Origin: a virus
Lineage: Duplodnaviria; Caudoviricetes
IMG/VR virus record: IMGVR_UViG_3300032095_000033
Span: 1-59,644 of that record
Reading direction: 5' to 3' (one strand)
Length of the DNA: 59,644 nt
Shown here: one piece after another, positions 42,306 through 52,470 of the stretch
How the letters are laid out: every line of letters begins with the position of its first letter
Numbering within the stretch: the stretch's first letter is position 1
Translations under genes and position numbers: made by a program
The notes under the pieces: generated by a model
Database searches by the model: none
What the model was told of the DNA's origin: nothing
What the model saw: the letters and a program-made list of their open reading frames with translations, nothing else

Positions 42306-42521
42306 CGCTTGACGCACGAGTCGCGCTATGATTCTGTGCGGCTCGACGGTTTCGGGGGGAACCGTTCTCAATCTCCCCACCTAGTGCCCGCCTAGCCTCG
42401 TCGCCCGGGTCCCCCTGCTGGAGTGCAGCGCCGATCGCGGGCGTTAAACGATAGCGCGGCCGGACCGTTCGGGTCCCCTAGCCAAGCGAAACCAGGTTCA
42501 AACCCGTTTCGTGAGGCCATT

Positions 42522-43457
42522 ATGGGCGACGTCAATACGACCGCGAATTATGAATTCCGCAACAATGTCGAGCTGCAGCTGCAGCAGACCAAATCGGTTC
42601 TGTGGGACCTGTGCGAAGAGCAGGACTGCGCCGGTGCCGAAATGGTGTCGGTCAAGGACCTGGTCGGCAGCGCGATGCCGCAGGAAGCCGACGAGCGTTA
42701 TGGCGACCTGAAGCAGACCAGCCCCAGCCATGACCGCGTCTGGATGAGCAAGCCGAACGAACTGTATTTCAACGAGTTCGTCGACGGCGACGACGAGTTG
42801 GCCACCCGTATCGGCCTGACCGGCACCTATACCATGGCGGCCATGGCGACGATGAACCGCGCCTGGGACAGCCAAATCCTGGCGGGGATGTATGCGCCGA
42901 TGGTGATGGGCAAGGCCGAAAAGTCGCTTACCACCGTGGCGTTCCCGATGGCGAACGTCATCCCTGTCACCACCGGCGGTGCGTCGGGCGCGCAGCGCAT
43001 GAACCTGGCCAAGGTCCGCGCGGCGAAGGTCGCGCTGGGCAAGGCGTTCAACGACCCGTCCGATCCGCGCTACATGGCGCTGTCCGAGGTGCAGCGCGAC
43101 GACCTGCTGTCCGAGGTGCAGGCAACCGACGGCGATTACAGCAAGGCGTTCGGTGTCAAGACGGACGGCGAGGGCAATATGACCGGCTTGCTGGGCTTCA
43201 CGATCGTGCCGATCGAGCTGCGCAACCCGGACCTGCTGGCATTCCAGAAGGGGCTAACCGTGACGGCGCAGGGATACACCCGCAATCTCGTCTGGACACG
43301 TTCCGGCGTTCGTAAGGGCATCTGGAACAAATTGCGCACCCATGTGAAGGACCAGCCGCAGAAGGTCGACGTCCGCAGCGTGTTCGCGGGCACCCGCGTC
43401 ACTGCGACGCGCACCCAGGCGAACAAGGTCTTCATCATCGAAAATAGCGAGGCGTAA
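42522..43457 (+). CDS. Major capsid protein
   Basis: LQLQQTKSVL, MNRAWDSQI, LLGFTIV; 311 aa; position. Confidence 0.8.
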   Translation: MGDVNTTANYEFRNNVELQLQQTKSVLWDLCEEQDCAGAEMVSVKDLVGSAMPQEADERYGDLKQTSPSHDRVWMSKPNELYFNEFVDGDDELATRIGLTGTYTMAAMATMNRAWDSQILAGMYAPMVMGKAEKSLTTVAFPMANVIPVTTGGASGAQRMNLAKVRAAKVALGKAFNDPSDPRYMALSEVQRDDLLSEVQATDGDYSKAFGVKTDGEGNMTGLLGFTIVPIELRNPDLLAFQKGLTVTAQGYTRNLVWTRSGVRKGIWNKLRTHVKDQPQKVDVRSVFAGTRVTATRTQANKVFIIENSEA

Positions 43458-43459
43458 TC

Positions 43460-43900
43460 ATGGCTGACGTTTATGGCCTGGAATTCGTCGGTGGCCCCGA
43501 CGGCACGGCGAACCCGCCGCGCAAGCTGGACGGCCGCATCGTGGGCGCGAAGAAGCGTCGCACGCGGTCGACCAAGCCCGCGACGATCCTGACTGTCGGT
43601 GACCGCCTGTATATCGGCAAGCTGCCCGCCAATGCGGTGATGCAGTCGATCATCGGCAATTTCGACACTTCGCTGGGTACCACCACCCTGTCGATCGGCA
43701 CCACGGCGACCCCGGCGAAATATGTCAACGCGCAGACGCTGACGACGACGGATCGCCCGACGGCGATCGGGCCGCGCGCGGCCGCGGCCATCAACGGGCC
43801 GGTCGCGACCGACGAGGATTTGTGGGTGACGATCGGCACGGCCGCGATCCCGGCGGCCGTCATCGGTGCCTTCTTTTTCGAATACACGATCGCGAACTGA
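43460..43900 (+). CDS. Capsid decoration / cement protein
   Basis: Beta-rich 146 aa (GKLPANAV, LSIGT) directly after capsid. Confidence 0.6.
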   Translation: MADVYGLEFVGGPDGTANPPRKLDGRIVGAKKRRTRSTKPATILTVGDRLYIGKLPANAVMQSIIGNFDTSLGTTTLSIGTTATPAKYVNAQTLTTTDRPTAIGPRAAAAINGPVATDEDLWVTIGTAAIPAAVIGAFFFEYTIAN

Positions 43901-43956
43901 TCCGGTTCGCCACGATACTCGTGCGGGCGCCAGCGGGGGCGCTGGAGCCGGCCGAG

Positions 43957-43997
43957 GCCGGGGTGGTGCCGTAATCGCCACCCCGGCATCCCTTTTT
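43957..43997 (+). terminator. Terminator after capsid genes
   Basis: GCCGGGGTGG...CCACCCCGGC followed by a T5 run. Confidence 0.5.
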
Positions 43998-44011
43998 ACG
44001 GAGACGGTGCC

Positions 44012-44209
44012 ATGGCGCAGGTCAAATTGACGGTCACCCGGGGCAAGCCCAACCTGAAGGACATTCCCATCGCAGCGGGCACGCCGATCGCCGGGTCGGA
44101 CGCGATGGAGCTGAACATCGACCAGACCAAGATGAGCAAGGGCGACGCCCTGGTCATGATCGACAATCTGCGCGCGCGGATCTTCAACGCGCCCTGGCCC
44201 ATGGCGTAA
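44012..44209 (+). CDS. Hypothetical virion-region protein
   Basis: GGAG RBS, 65 aa. Confidence 0.6.
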   Translation: MAQVKLTVTRGKPNLKDIPIAAGTPIAGSDAMELNIDQTKMSKGDALVMIDNLRARIFNAPWPMA

Positions 44210-44215
44210 TCGCCG

Positions 44216-44830
44216 GTGGCGGATTTCGTCACCGTCGCCAACCTTGCCGCCTCCTCGCTGGGGGAGGATGATCAGTTGCGCTCCCCCGATGACGATACGC
44301 ACCTGTCGCGGTCGGTACGCGCGGTGTTCGACGTCGAGCGAGTGGCGGCGCTGCGCGATCATACGTGGAATTTCGCGATGCGCCGCTATGCCCTGCCGCG
44401 CGTCGCCAATCCCGATTTCGACACCACGCCATTTGCTTACGCCTATCGCCTGCCCGCCGAGAGCGTCCGTTTGGTCGAGGTGATGGGCGCGCGGGCCGAC
44501 AGCTATCAGGTCGAGGGGCCGTACATCCTGTCCGGCGCAGCCGCGCCGTTGCGCGTCCGCTGCATCATCGATGTTGCAGAACCGGCCGCCTGGGACGCCC
44601 TGTTCGTGAAGGCGTTCGCGATGCGCGTCGCCTGGCAGATCGCGGACCGCATCACGGGCGATCCCAACCGTGTCCCGATGGCCGAGCGCAAGTATCGCGC
44701 CGCCCTGATGGAGGCCAAGCGGGTTGATGCACAGGAGAACCCGCCGGTGACCCAGGCGGCGACTGGGTGGGAAGAGGCGCGCATGGGTTGCCTGACGCGT
44801 GTCGACAGTCGCGGGTTCGTCTGGCCATGA
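44216..44830 (+). CDS. Tail tubular protein A (adaptor, T7 gp11-like)
   Basis: ANLAASSLG, HTWNFA, YAYRLP motifs. Confidence 0.8.
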   Translation: MADFVTVANLAASSLGEDDQLRSPDDDTHLSRSVRAVFDVERVAALRDHTWNFAMRRYALPRVANPDFDTTPFAYAYRLPAESVRLVEVMGARADSYQVEGPYILSGAAAPLRVRCIIDVAEPAAWDALFVKAFAMRVAWQIADRITGDPNRVPMAERKYRAALMEAKRVDAQENPPVTQAATGWEEARMGCLTRVDSRGFVWP

Positions 44831-47043
44831 CGCTGGCGCGGCCGATCGCGACGAGTTTCAACGGGGGTGAGCTGTCCCCGCGCATGGGTGGTCGTGTCGA
44901 TACGGCGATCTATCAGGTCGGTCTTGCCGAGGCGGAGAATTTCGTGCCGACCGTCGAGGGCGCGCTGGTCAAGCGGCCGGGGTTCGAGACGATCCGGGCG
45001 GCGCGGGACGGTGCCGCGTGGTTGACGAATTTCCGGTTCAACCTGACCCAGGACTATGTGTTGGAGTGGAGCGACCAGAAAATCCGCTTCTACACCAATG
45101 GCGAGCGGATCGAGACATCGCCCGGTAACGCCTATGAGGTGGCGGTGCCGTACAGTGCGGCCGAGGCGCGATCGGTGTCGTGTCAGCAGTCGTTCGACCG
45201 GCTGTACCTGAACCACCCCAATTATCCGCCCGCGCGGCTGACGCGGACGTCCGCGACCACCTTTACCTATGAGGTGCTGCCGCTGGTCAATGGGCCGTTC
45301 GCGGACGCCAATATCGACACGAGCCGCACGGTCACGGTCAGCGGCACGACGGGGGCGATCGTCATCACGGCCAGTGCGCCGATATTCCAGCCCGGCCATG
45401 TCGGTGCGCCGTTCCGGCTGGAGGCGGCGGACTTTTCGACGATCCCAGCCTGGGAACCGCAGACCAAGGACATCACCGTCGGGCTGAAGCGCCGATCGGA
45501 GGGAAAGGTCTATGTCGCGGCCAGCGGCGGAACGACGGGCACCGTCGTGCCGATCCACACGACCGGCACCGAATGGGACGGCCAGAACCTGAAGGATGCG
45601 AACGACAAGGGGCCGTTCGGGGTGCAGTGGACCTATCTGCACGATCGGTTCGGGATGGTGCGGATCGATAGTGTCGCGGCCGACGGGATGAGCGCCGGTG
45701 CGACGGTGACGCGGCCGATCCCCGACAGCCTGAAGACGGTCCCCTCCTTTCGCTGGGCGCATGGCGCGTTCAGTGCTGCGGCGGGGTGGCCCAGCGTCGT
45801 CATCGCCTGGGCTTCGCGGCTGTGCCACTTCAAGGGGTTCGAGCTGGTCGCGTCGGTGGTCGGGGATTATCTGAACCACCAGGCCTATACCTCCAGCGGG
45901 GTGACGGCGGCCGATTTGGCGTTTCGTCGCACCCTGTCGACCGAGGACCCGGTGCTGTGGGCGATGGGCGACCGTCGCCTGATCGTCGGCACCGCCAGCC
46001 GGGAAATCGCGGTGGGCGCGATCAACCAGGCGCAGGCGGTGAGCGGCGACAATATCGAGGCGGTGCCGCAGAGCTTTTATGGATCGGAGCGGGTGTTCCC
46101 GATCCAGATCGGCACCACCGGTGTGTTCGTCCAGCGCGGGAAGCGCAAGCTGCGCCAGGCGGAATATGACTTTGCGCGCGACCGGTACCAGTCCGCCAAC
46201 ATGACCGTGTGGTGCCGCCACATCACCAAGGGCGGCATCGTCCAGCTGACGTTCCAGAAGGAACCGGAAGAACTGATGATCGGTGTCCGCGCCGACGGGC
46301 AGCTGGTGGTGCATCCGCATGCGCCCGAGCAGGAGATCAAGGGCTTTTCCCGCATCCGCCATGGCGGCGGCAAGATCCTGTCCGCCGTGGCTTGCGCATC
46401 CGCCAGCGGCGACCAGGACGAATTATGGGTGCTGGTCCAGCGGACCGATGGCACGCGCTGGGTCGAGCGCATGGCGGTGTGGCATGAGGATGACGATCCG
46501 ATCGAGGATGCGTTCTATGTCGACAGCGGTCTGACCGTGATGGCGGCGGCCGGACAGACGCGCTTTACCGGGGCGGTGCATCTGAAGGGGCAGGCGGTCG
46601 CGATCCTGGCGGCGGGCGGCATCGTGACGGGCGTCACGGTGGCGGCGGATGGCAGCTTCGACGTGCCCGCCAGCGTGGTGCCCGCCGATCGGGCGTACCG
46701 GATGACGGTGGGCCTGCCCTATATCGGGCGGGCGGTGACGCTGCGCCCCGAGCTGCGTGGCGGCGACACGCAGCAGGGCAAGCGCCAGCGGCTGGTCCGC
46801 ATGGTCCTGCGCCTGATCGCGACCGCCGCGATCCGCATTGGCCCGGCGGGGGGCAAGCTGGACAATCTAATCGACCGGGCCAGCAACGCGTTCATGGATG
46901 CGCCGGTTCCTTTGTTCACGGGCGATACCGATAAGGCCGTGTCCGGTAACTGGGGGCGTGATGGCCAGTCGGTGTTCGAGAGCTATGGCCCGTTGCCCGC
47001 GACCATCGTAGCGGCAATGCCGACGATCGCGGTGACGCAATGA
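44827..47043 (+). CDS. Tail tubular protein B (nozzle, T7 gp12 / P22 gp10-like)
   Basis: SFNGGELSP, KRPG, GWPS, FVQR, YVDSG, VGLPY motifs. Confidence 0.85.
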   Translation: MTLARPIATSFNGGELSPRMGGRVDTAIYQVGLAEAENFVPTVEGALVKRPGFETIRAARDGAAWLTNFRFNLTQDYVLEWSDQKIRFYTNGERIETSPGNAYEVAVPYSAAEARSVSCQQSFDRLYLNHPNYPPARLTRTSATTFTYEVLPLVNGPFADANIDTSRTVTVSGTTGAIVITASAPIFQPGHVGAPFRLEAADFSTIPAWEPQTKDITVGLKRRSEGKVYVAASGGTTGTVVPIHTTGTEWDGQNLKDANDKGPFGVQWTYLHDRFGMVRIDSVAADGMSAGATVTRPIPDSLKTVPSFRWAHGAFSAAAGWPSVVIAWASRLCHFKGFELVASVVGDYLNHQAYTSSGVTAADLAFRRTLSTEDPVLWAMGDRRLIVGTASREIAVGAINQAQAVSGDNIEAVPQSFYGSERVFPIQIGTTGVFVQRGKRKLRQAEYDFARDRYQSANMTVWCRHITKGGIVQLTFQKEPEELMIGVRADGQLVVHPHAPEQEIKGFSRIRHGGGKILSAVACASASGDQDELWVLVQRTDGTRWVERMAVWHEDDDPIEDAFYVDSGLTVMAAAGQTRFTGAVHLKGQAVAILAAGGIVTGVTVAADGSFDVPASVVPADRAYRMTVGLPYIGRAVTLRPELRGGDTQQGKRQRLVRMVLRLIATAAIRIGPAGGKLDNLIDRASNAFMDAPVPLFTGDTDKAVSGNWGRDGQSVFESYGPLPATIVAAMPTIAVTQ

Positions 47044-47489
47044 TCGCCATCGCGCCGATGGTCGCGACCGACGCGCTGGTTATCCAGCGCCAGGCCAGCC
47101 AGCGCGTCCAGTTGGGGATCGAGCGGGACATGAGCGTCGACGAGGCCCGCGACCTGGCGGAGGGGGCGGGCGAGGCGTGGACGGTGCGCCAGGACGGCCG
47201 CATCGTCGCCTGCCTGGGCTTGCGGGAGACGTTTCCGGGGGCGCAGGCGGTGGCGTGGGCGATCCTGTCCGATCGGATCGGCGCCGCCCATCTGGCGGTC
47301 ACCCGTCATGCCCGGCGCCGGATCGCGGCCAGCCCGCTGGGGCGCATCGAGGCGATCGTGCGCGAGGCGGTCCCGGCCGAGCTGGCATGGGCGATGCTGG
47401 TCGGTTTGCAGCCCGCGCATATCCTGCGCCGATTTGGCCAGAACAGCGAGACGCATATCCTGTGCGAGCGCATCCGGGAGGGCGATTGA
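47040..47489 (+). CDS. GNAT-fold virion assembly protein (T7 gp13-like)
   Basis: DGRIVACLG, AWAIL, RIEAIV; position after nozzle. Confidence 0.6.
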   Translation: MIAIAPMVATDALVIQRQASQRVQLGIERDMSVDEARDLAEGAGEAWTVRQDGRIVACLGLRETFPGAQAVAWAILSDRIGAAHLAVTRHARRRIAASPLGRIEAIVREAVPAELAWAMLVGLQPAHILRRFGQNSETHILCERIREGD

Positions 47490-47930
47490 ATGGAGGCGTT
47501 CCAGGCCGCGGGCAATATCGTCCAGGGCGTCGCGGGGTATGAGGCGGGCAAGTACAACCAGGCGGTCGCCAATACCGAGGCGATCGAGCAGGAGCGTGCC
47601 GGGGCGGCCGAAGAGGGCCGTGTGCGCGAAGCCGCGCGGGCGGCGATCGGCCAGCAGCTGGCAGCGCAAGGGTCCAATGGTTTTGCGATGGGCACTGGAT
47701 CGGCGCTGGACGCCTTGGCGCAGAGCCAGGTGAATGCGGCGCTCGACGCGATGACGGTGCGTCGTGATGCCGCCTTGCGCGCCCGATCGGCGCGGACGGC
47801 GGGTGCCATTGCGAGGGCGCAGGGGGACAATGCGTTGGTGGCGGGGATGTTGGGGGCGGCCGCGCGCGTCACCGACTGGGCCAGCTCCCGAACCAGCGCT
47901 CAGTCGGGCACGACGCGTGGGGGGCGGTGA
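47490..47930 (+). CDS. Small internal virion / ejection protein (gp14-like)
   Basis: IGQQLAAQGSNG..GTGSALD; Ala/Gly-rich. Confidence 0.7.
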   Translation: MEAFQAAGNIVQGVAGYEAGKYNQAVANTEAIEQERAGAAEEGRVREAARAAIGQQLAAQGSNGFAMGTGSALDALAQSQVNAALDAMTVRRDAALRARSARTAGAIARAQGDNALVAGMLGAAARVTDWASSRTSAQSGTTRGGR

Positions 47931-49924
47931 TGGCACAGGAAATCGGATATCAGCGCCAGCTGGGGACGTCCGCGCCAGTGGGCTTGCCGAGCGCGTCGCC
48001 AGCCGCCTTCGGGGCGTCGATCGGCGCGGCGGTCGACGACCTGGGGCAGGCGGTCGGACGGAACAAGCTGACCCACCTGCAGATCGAGCGGCAGCAGCGG
48101 ACGGATACCGAGGCCGCCGATTTCAACCGTCAGTTTGCGGACATGCGGGCCGCCTATGACCGTATGTCGGTCGATATGCGCGCCAAGTCCGCTCCGGGCG
48201 GGGCGGGCCATGCGCAGGCGATGGACGGGTGGTGGCGCGATCAGTCAGCTTCACTGACAGAGGGCATCACCGACGAACGCCTGCGGCGATCGGCACAGGC
48301 GCAGCTGGACGATTTCGGGGCTCGTATCGGCACGGCCGAATATACCTGGGAACAGGGCGCGCGGGTCAAGAAGCTGGTGACCGACGAGCAACAGGCGGGG
48401 CAGATCGCCGCCAATCGGGTGCGCCGGGTCGATAATCTGGATGCATTCGATCAGGAGCTGACCTATCGCCGTCGCGGTATCGAAGCGATGGTGGGCGTAC
48501 CCGAGGACGTCAAGACCGGGTTGATCCACGAGTCCGATCAGTTGATCGCCACGTCCTTCCTAAACGGCGTCGTCGAGCGATCCCCCCAGCTGATCGACGC
48601 GTTGCTGAAGAGCGGACAGTTCGACGAGCTGGTGACGCCGCAGCAGCAAGAGCAGCTGCGCCACGGTGCCCAGGTGGAGATCCGGCGATCGGAAGCGGAG
48701 GCGCGTGCAGCCGCTGCCCATGACCGTTCGGTGAGGACGGACGAACTGGCGGCGCGCGAAGTGACGTTGAACGCGGGCGGTGGCACCTATCAGGATCGCC
48801 TGCAGCTCGCGCATGACTATGAGGCCATGGGCGACAAGTCCAAAGCCACGCAGTGGATGGGCGAGGCCGCGCAGTTCGGCACGATCCAGGCGAACAAGGG
48901 CATGGCGCCTGCGCAGCTGCGACAGGAAATCACGACGCTGCAGGGGAAGCAGGCGGGCGGTGGATTGAGCGGGGAGGAGGCCAATCGGCTTTCCGCCCTG
49001 CAAAAACTCAGCACGATCCAGGAGTCCAACCTCAGCAAGGAGGGCGGAGCGCTCCTGCAGACCCAGTATGCGACGGGCCGCGCGATCGGTGCCCTGAATG
49101 TGGCAGACCCTGCCTCGTTCCGAAGTCGATCGCAGCAAGCCATTGCGGCTGCGCGCGATTGGGGGCGTGCGACGGTCGAGCCCATCCTCCCGGACGAACT
49201 GCGTGCCTTCAAGGACCTTTATGCCAATGGCGTCAATGGTCAGCTGCAGGCGGTCGACCTGCTGCGCCAGTTCGGTGACGTCCGGGTGATTGCCGGGGCG
49301 GCGCGCCAGGTTGCGGGCAATGACGACGGGGCGTTTCGTATGGCGGCCGTCCTGCCGCACAGCGTGGCGCGTGACGTGTTGCGCGGGGCGGACACGCTGA
49401 AGAGCAATCCGCAGGTGTGGAAGGAAAAGCAGGCGTCCAGCGATTTCCAGAAATGGTTCGGGGTGCCGCTGTCTTTCCTGGGGGGATCGACCGCCAATGA
49501 CGTGTATCAGGCCAGCCGGTCGTTCTTCGCACAGCGGGCGACCGATGGCGGTTTGACGCAATATGTGCCCGGCCGCTTTGCCGAGGCGGCCATCACCATC
49601 CTGGGCCGCGACCGCGACGGACGCGGCGGGATCGCGCATTGGGGCCAGCCTGATGGCCCCGTCGTCATCCTGCCGCGCAACCAGACCGCCGATGATTTCA
49701 AGCGGCGCCTGGCATCGGCCAGATTGCCCATGTACATCGCGGCATCCGGCGGTCGGAAGCCCGTCTGGGGCGATGGCCATCCGGTCAGCGAGGCGGAACT
49801 GAAGGGGCTGCTACCCACCGCATTGCCCGATGGGCGATACGGCTTCCGGCGATCGGGTCGGTTGCTGACCGATGACCAAGGTCAGGTCTTTGCCGTCGAC
49901 GTCCAGGCGCTGACCGGGCGATGA
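47927..49924 (+). CDS. Internal virion / ejection protein (gp15-like)
   Basis: Helical 665 aa; position. Confidence 0.6.
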   Translation: MMAQEIGYQRQLGTSAPVGLPSASPAAFGASIGAAVDDLGQAVGRNKLTHLQIERQQRTDTEAADFNRQFADMRAAYDRMSVDMRAKSAPGGAGHAQAMDGWWRDQSASLTEGITDERLRRSAQAQLDDFGARIGTAEYTWEQGARVKKLVTDEQQAGQIAANRVRRVDNLDAFDQELTYRRRGIEAMVGVPEDVKTGLIHESDQLIATSFLNGVVERSPQLIDALLKSGQFDELVTPQQQEQLRHGAQVEIRRSEAEARAAAAHDRSVRTDELAAREVTLNAGGGTYQDRLQLAHDYEAMGDKSKATQWMGEAAQFGTIQANKGMAPAQLRQEITTLQGKQAGGGLSGEEANRLSALQKLSTIQESNLSKEGGALLQTQYATGRAIGALNVADPASFRSRSQQAIAAARDWGRATVEPILPDELRAFKDLYANGVNGQLQAVDLLRQFGDVRVIAGAARQVAGNDDGAFRMAAVLPHSVARDVLRGADTLKSNPQVWKEKQASSDFQKWFGVPLSFLGGSTANDVYQASRSFFAQRATDGGLTQYVPGRFAEAAITILGRDRDGRGGIAHWGQPDGPVVILPRNQTADDFKRRLASARLPMYIAASGGRKPVWGDGHPVSEAELKGLLPTALPDGRYGFRRSGRLLTDDQGQVFAVDVQALTGR

Positions 49925-52470
49925 CCGACCAGCGCAGCCCGCTGATCGCGGGTACGGCATCGACCGATCCGACCTTCCTGCAGGGACGGTTAGGCGTATC
50001 CCGCCCCCTTCCGCCGCCCTCGCTATGGAACCAGTTCACCACCTCGATTCGAGGCGCAGCGGGCAATGACGATCCGGCCGCCGCAGCGGCGCGACGGCGC
50101 GACGCGATCGAGGCGGCCATGCAGCCGATCGTCGACGAGCTGCGCACGCGCGGTGTCGATGACCCGGCCTATACCCAGCGCCTGGCGCGCGACGGCTGGT
50201 CGCTATCCTATAATCGCGATGCAATCTGGCGGGGCATCGCACGGGCCCGCGCGACCGATGGCAAGGCGTTCGAGGGGATCGAATCTGATCCCGCCAAATT
50301 CGAGCAGCGGATCGCTGCACCGGTCGAGGCGACGATCGCACAGGAACGCGATGTTCAGGCGCGCAGCGGTTGGGCCGCCTGGCTGCCGGGGCAGTTCATC
50401 GGCGGCATGGCGGACCCGATCAACCAGATCGGCATGCTGGCGGGGGCAGGCACGGCCCGCTCGATCGCGCAGGCGGCGCTCCGCGACGCGCGGCTGAATG
50501 TCGGTATCGAGCTGGCGCAGGAGCCGACGCGCGCCATCGAGGAGGCGAAGCGCGGCAAGGTTCGTGGACCCAGCGAGGTCCTGGCCACGCTGGGGCTGGC
50601 GGCGGGGACGGGCGCTCTGTTTGGTGGTGGTGTCCATGCCCTGGCGGAAGGCGCCGCTGCTGCCCGTCGGTCGGTCGCGGGACAGTTGGCAGACCGGATG
50701 CGGCGGACGATCGGCGAGGACCGCATGACGCTGGAAGAGCGTGCGGCGGTCGCGGCACTGGATCGGGAAGACGAAATTGCAGGGGTGTCTCCTTACCAGC
50801 CCGGCGTGGGGGGCGACACGCACCAAGCGCGCATGGCGATGGCGCGCGACCAGCTGCAAACCGGTGAAGTCACACCCCCGCCCGCGCCGCGCTTCGACTG
50901 GCAGAAATTTGCGATCAAGACGGGCAGCGCGGAGAGCAGCGGCCGCTGGCAGATCCAGGCCGAAGGATCAAGCGCCTATGGCCTCTACCAGATCACGCGA
51001 CCGACCTGGTTGCGGTTGCTGCGCAAAGATCCGGAATATGGCCGTTCGAATATGGACGACGAATATTGGTGGGGCAAGCGCACCAACCCCGCGATGCAAG
51101 AGCGCGTGTTCAAATTGCTGGTCGACGAAAACAAGGCTGCGCTGGAAAAGGCCGGTCAGCCTGTCACCGACGGCAACATGTATCTGATGCACTTCGCGGG
51201 TCAGTCCGGCGCGACCAAGATCCTGAGGGCGGCACCCGACACGCCGATCGAACAGATCATGTCGCGCGGCGCGATCGAAGCAAACCCATTCCTGAAAGGC
51301 AAGACGGCGGGCGACGTGGTCGACTGGGCCCATGCCAAGATGGGCGACGCGAAGCATGAGGGTGCGATCCTGCGGAAGGACGTGTTCGAGGACGATAGTG
51401 CGTGGGCCGGTGCCCAGGCGGAGGCTGACGCGGCCGCGCGGGAGATCGCCGCCCTTGATGCAGAGCGGACGGTGGTGCCCCGGCCGGACGAAGCCGATAT
51501 CGGCGATCCGCGCACTTGGATGATGGACGATCCCGTAATCGCGCCGGAGGTGAAACCGGTGGGCATGGACTGGGAGCCGGGCGCCACGATCATCGAAGGA
51601 CCGCGTGGCAGCTGGCTATCGGCCATGCGGGCCTTGCGGGATGCCGGGGAGGGCGAGATTGCCGGTGCGCTCCACCACCCGGATATCGGTCCGATCGATG
51701 TCAAATGGGGGACACCCGGCAAGGCGGCGCCGACCTGGGCAGGCGGGTATGGCCTTTCCCATATCCTGGCCAAGCACCCGGAAATGGAGGCGCGGCTGGC
51801 GGACCTGCCCGAGATTATCGCGGGCATGGATATCGTCAGCAATGACGGGCGGACAGTGCGCTTGCGCGGTGACCCGCATGAGGCGGGCGTGCGGCTGGAC
51901 TGGGACGGCCAGGAACAACGCTGGCTGGTCACCGCCTATGATCCGCGTGGTGGTGATGCCCCGGCCGCGTCGGTGTCCTCTCGTGACGCGGCTGACGGTC
52001 GGGCCTCCCCCGACCACGGGGCAGAAGGCAATATAGATCCGGTGCCTGGGGCGGGCAAGTTTGCGGACTGGATCGAGGCGGAGACGGGCACCCGGCGCTG
52101 GGTCGTCGCGCCCGAGCTGACGCCCGAGCTGGCGGCGCGCGGCTATGAGATGGCGATCCCGGCCGAGGATTTCGCGGCCATGCGCGGGCGCTGGGCAGCG
52201 GGCGAGCGGCCGATCGGCGCGGACGGCGGGCCGCCGGGCGCGATCGAGGGTTTCGACGGGCCCGACGATATCGCGGCCGCGCGCCAGATCGACAGCCTGG
52301 AGCATGACCTGCGGATGTTCCTGGCGGAGGATGAGGCGGCCGGGCTGACGGTGCGGCTGGACGAGGAGGGGAATGTCATGAGCGCGGCAGATGTGCTGGA
52401 CGAGCTGGACACCGATTGGTCGGTGCTCGACGCGGCGGAGGCCTGCATGAAGCCGGGCGGTGACGCGTGA
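49921..52470 (+). CDS. Polyvalent internal virion protein: lysozyme/transglycosylase-like plus PBECR-like nuclease domain
   Basis: AESSG..SSAYGLYQIT..TW..YLMHFAG (~50905-51340); HPDIGPIDVKWG..GYGLSHILAKH..WLVTAYD (~51670-51945). Confidence 0.7.
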   Translation: MTDQRSPLIAGTASTDPTFLQGRLGVSRPLPPPSLWNQFTTSIRGAAGNDDPAAAAARRRDAIEAAMQPIVDELRTRGVDDPAYTQRLARDGWSLSYNRDAIWRGIARARATDGKAFEGIESDPAKFEQRIAAPVEATIAQERDVQARSGWAAWLPGQFIGGMADPINQIGMLAGAGTARSIAQAALRDARLNVGIELAQEPTRAIEEAKRGKVRGPSEVLATLGLAAGTGALFGGGVHALAEGAAAARRSVAGQLADRMRRTIGEDRMTLEERAAVAALDREDEIAGVSPYQPGVGGDTHQARMAMARDQLQTGEVTPPPAPRFDWQKFAIKTGSAESSGRWQIQAEGSSAYGLYQITRPTWLRLLRKDPEYGRSNMDDEYWWGKRTNPAMQERVFKLLVDENKAALEKAGQPVTDGNMYLMHFAGQSGATKILRAAPDTPIEQIMSRGAIEANPFLKGKTAGDVVDWAHAKMGDAKHEGAILRKDVFEDDSAWAGAQAEADAAAREIAALDAERTVVPRPDEADIGDPRTWMMDDPVIAPEVKPVGMDWEPGATIIEGPRGSWLSAMRALRDAGEGEIAGALHHPDIGPIDVKWGTPGKAAPTWAGGYGLSHILAKHPEMEARLADLPEIIAGMDIVSNDGRTVRLRGDPHEAGVRLDWDGQEQRWLVTAYDPRGGDAPAASVSSRDAADGRASPDHGAEGNIDPVPGAGKFADWIEAETGTRRWVVAPELTPELAARGYEMAIPAEDFAAMRGRWAAGERPIGADGGPPGAIEGFDGPDDIAAARQIDSLEHDLRMFLAEDEAAGLTVRLDEEGNVMSAADVLDELDTDWSVLDAAEACMKPGGDA

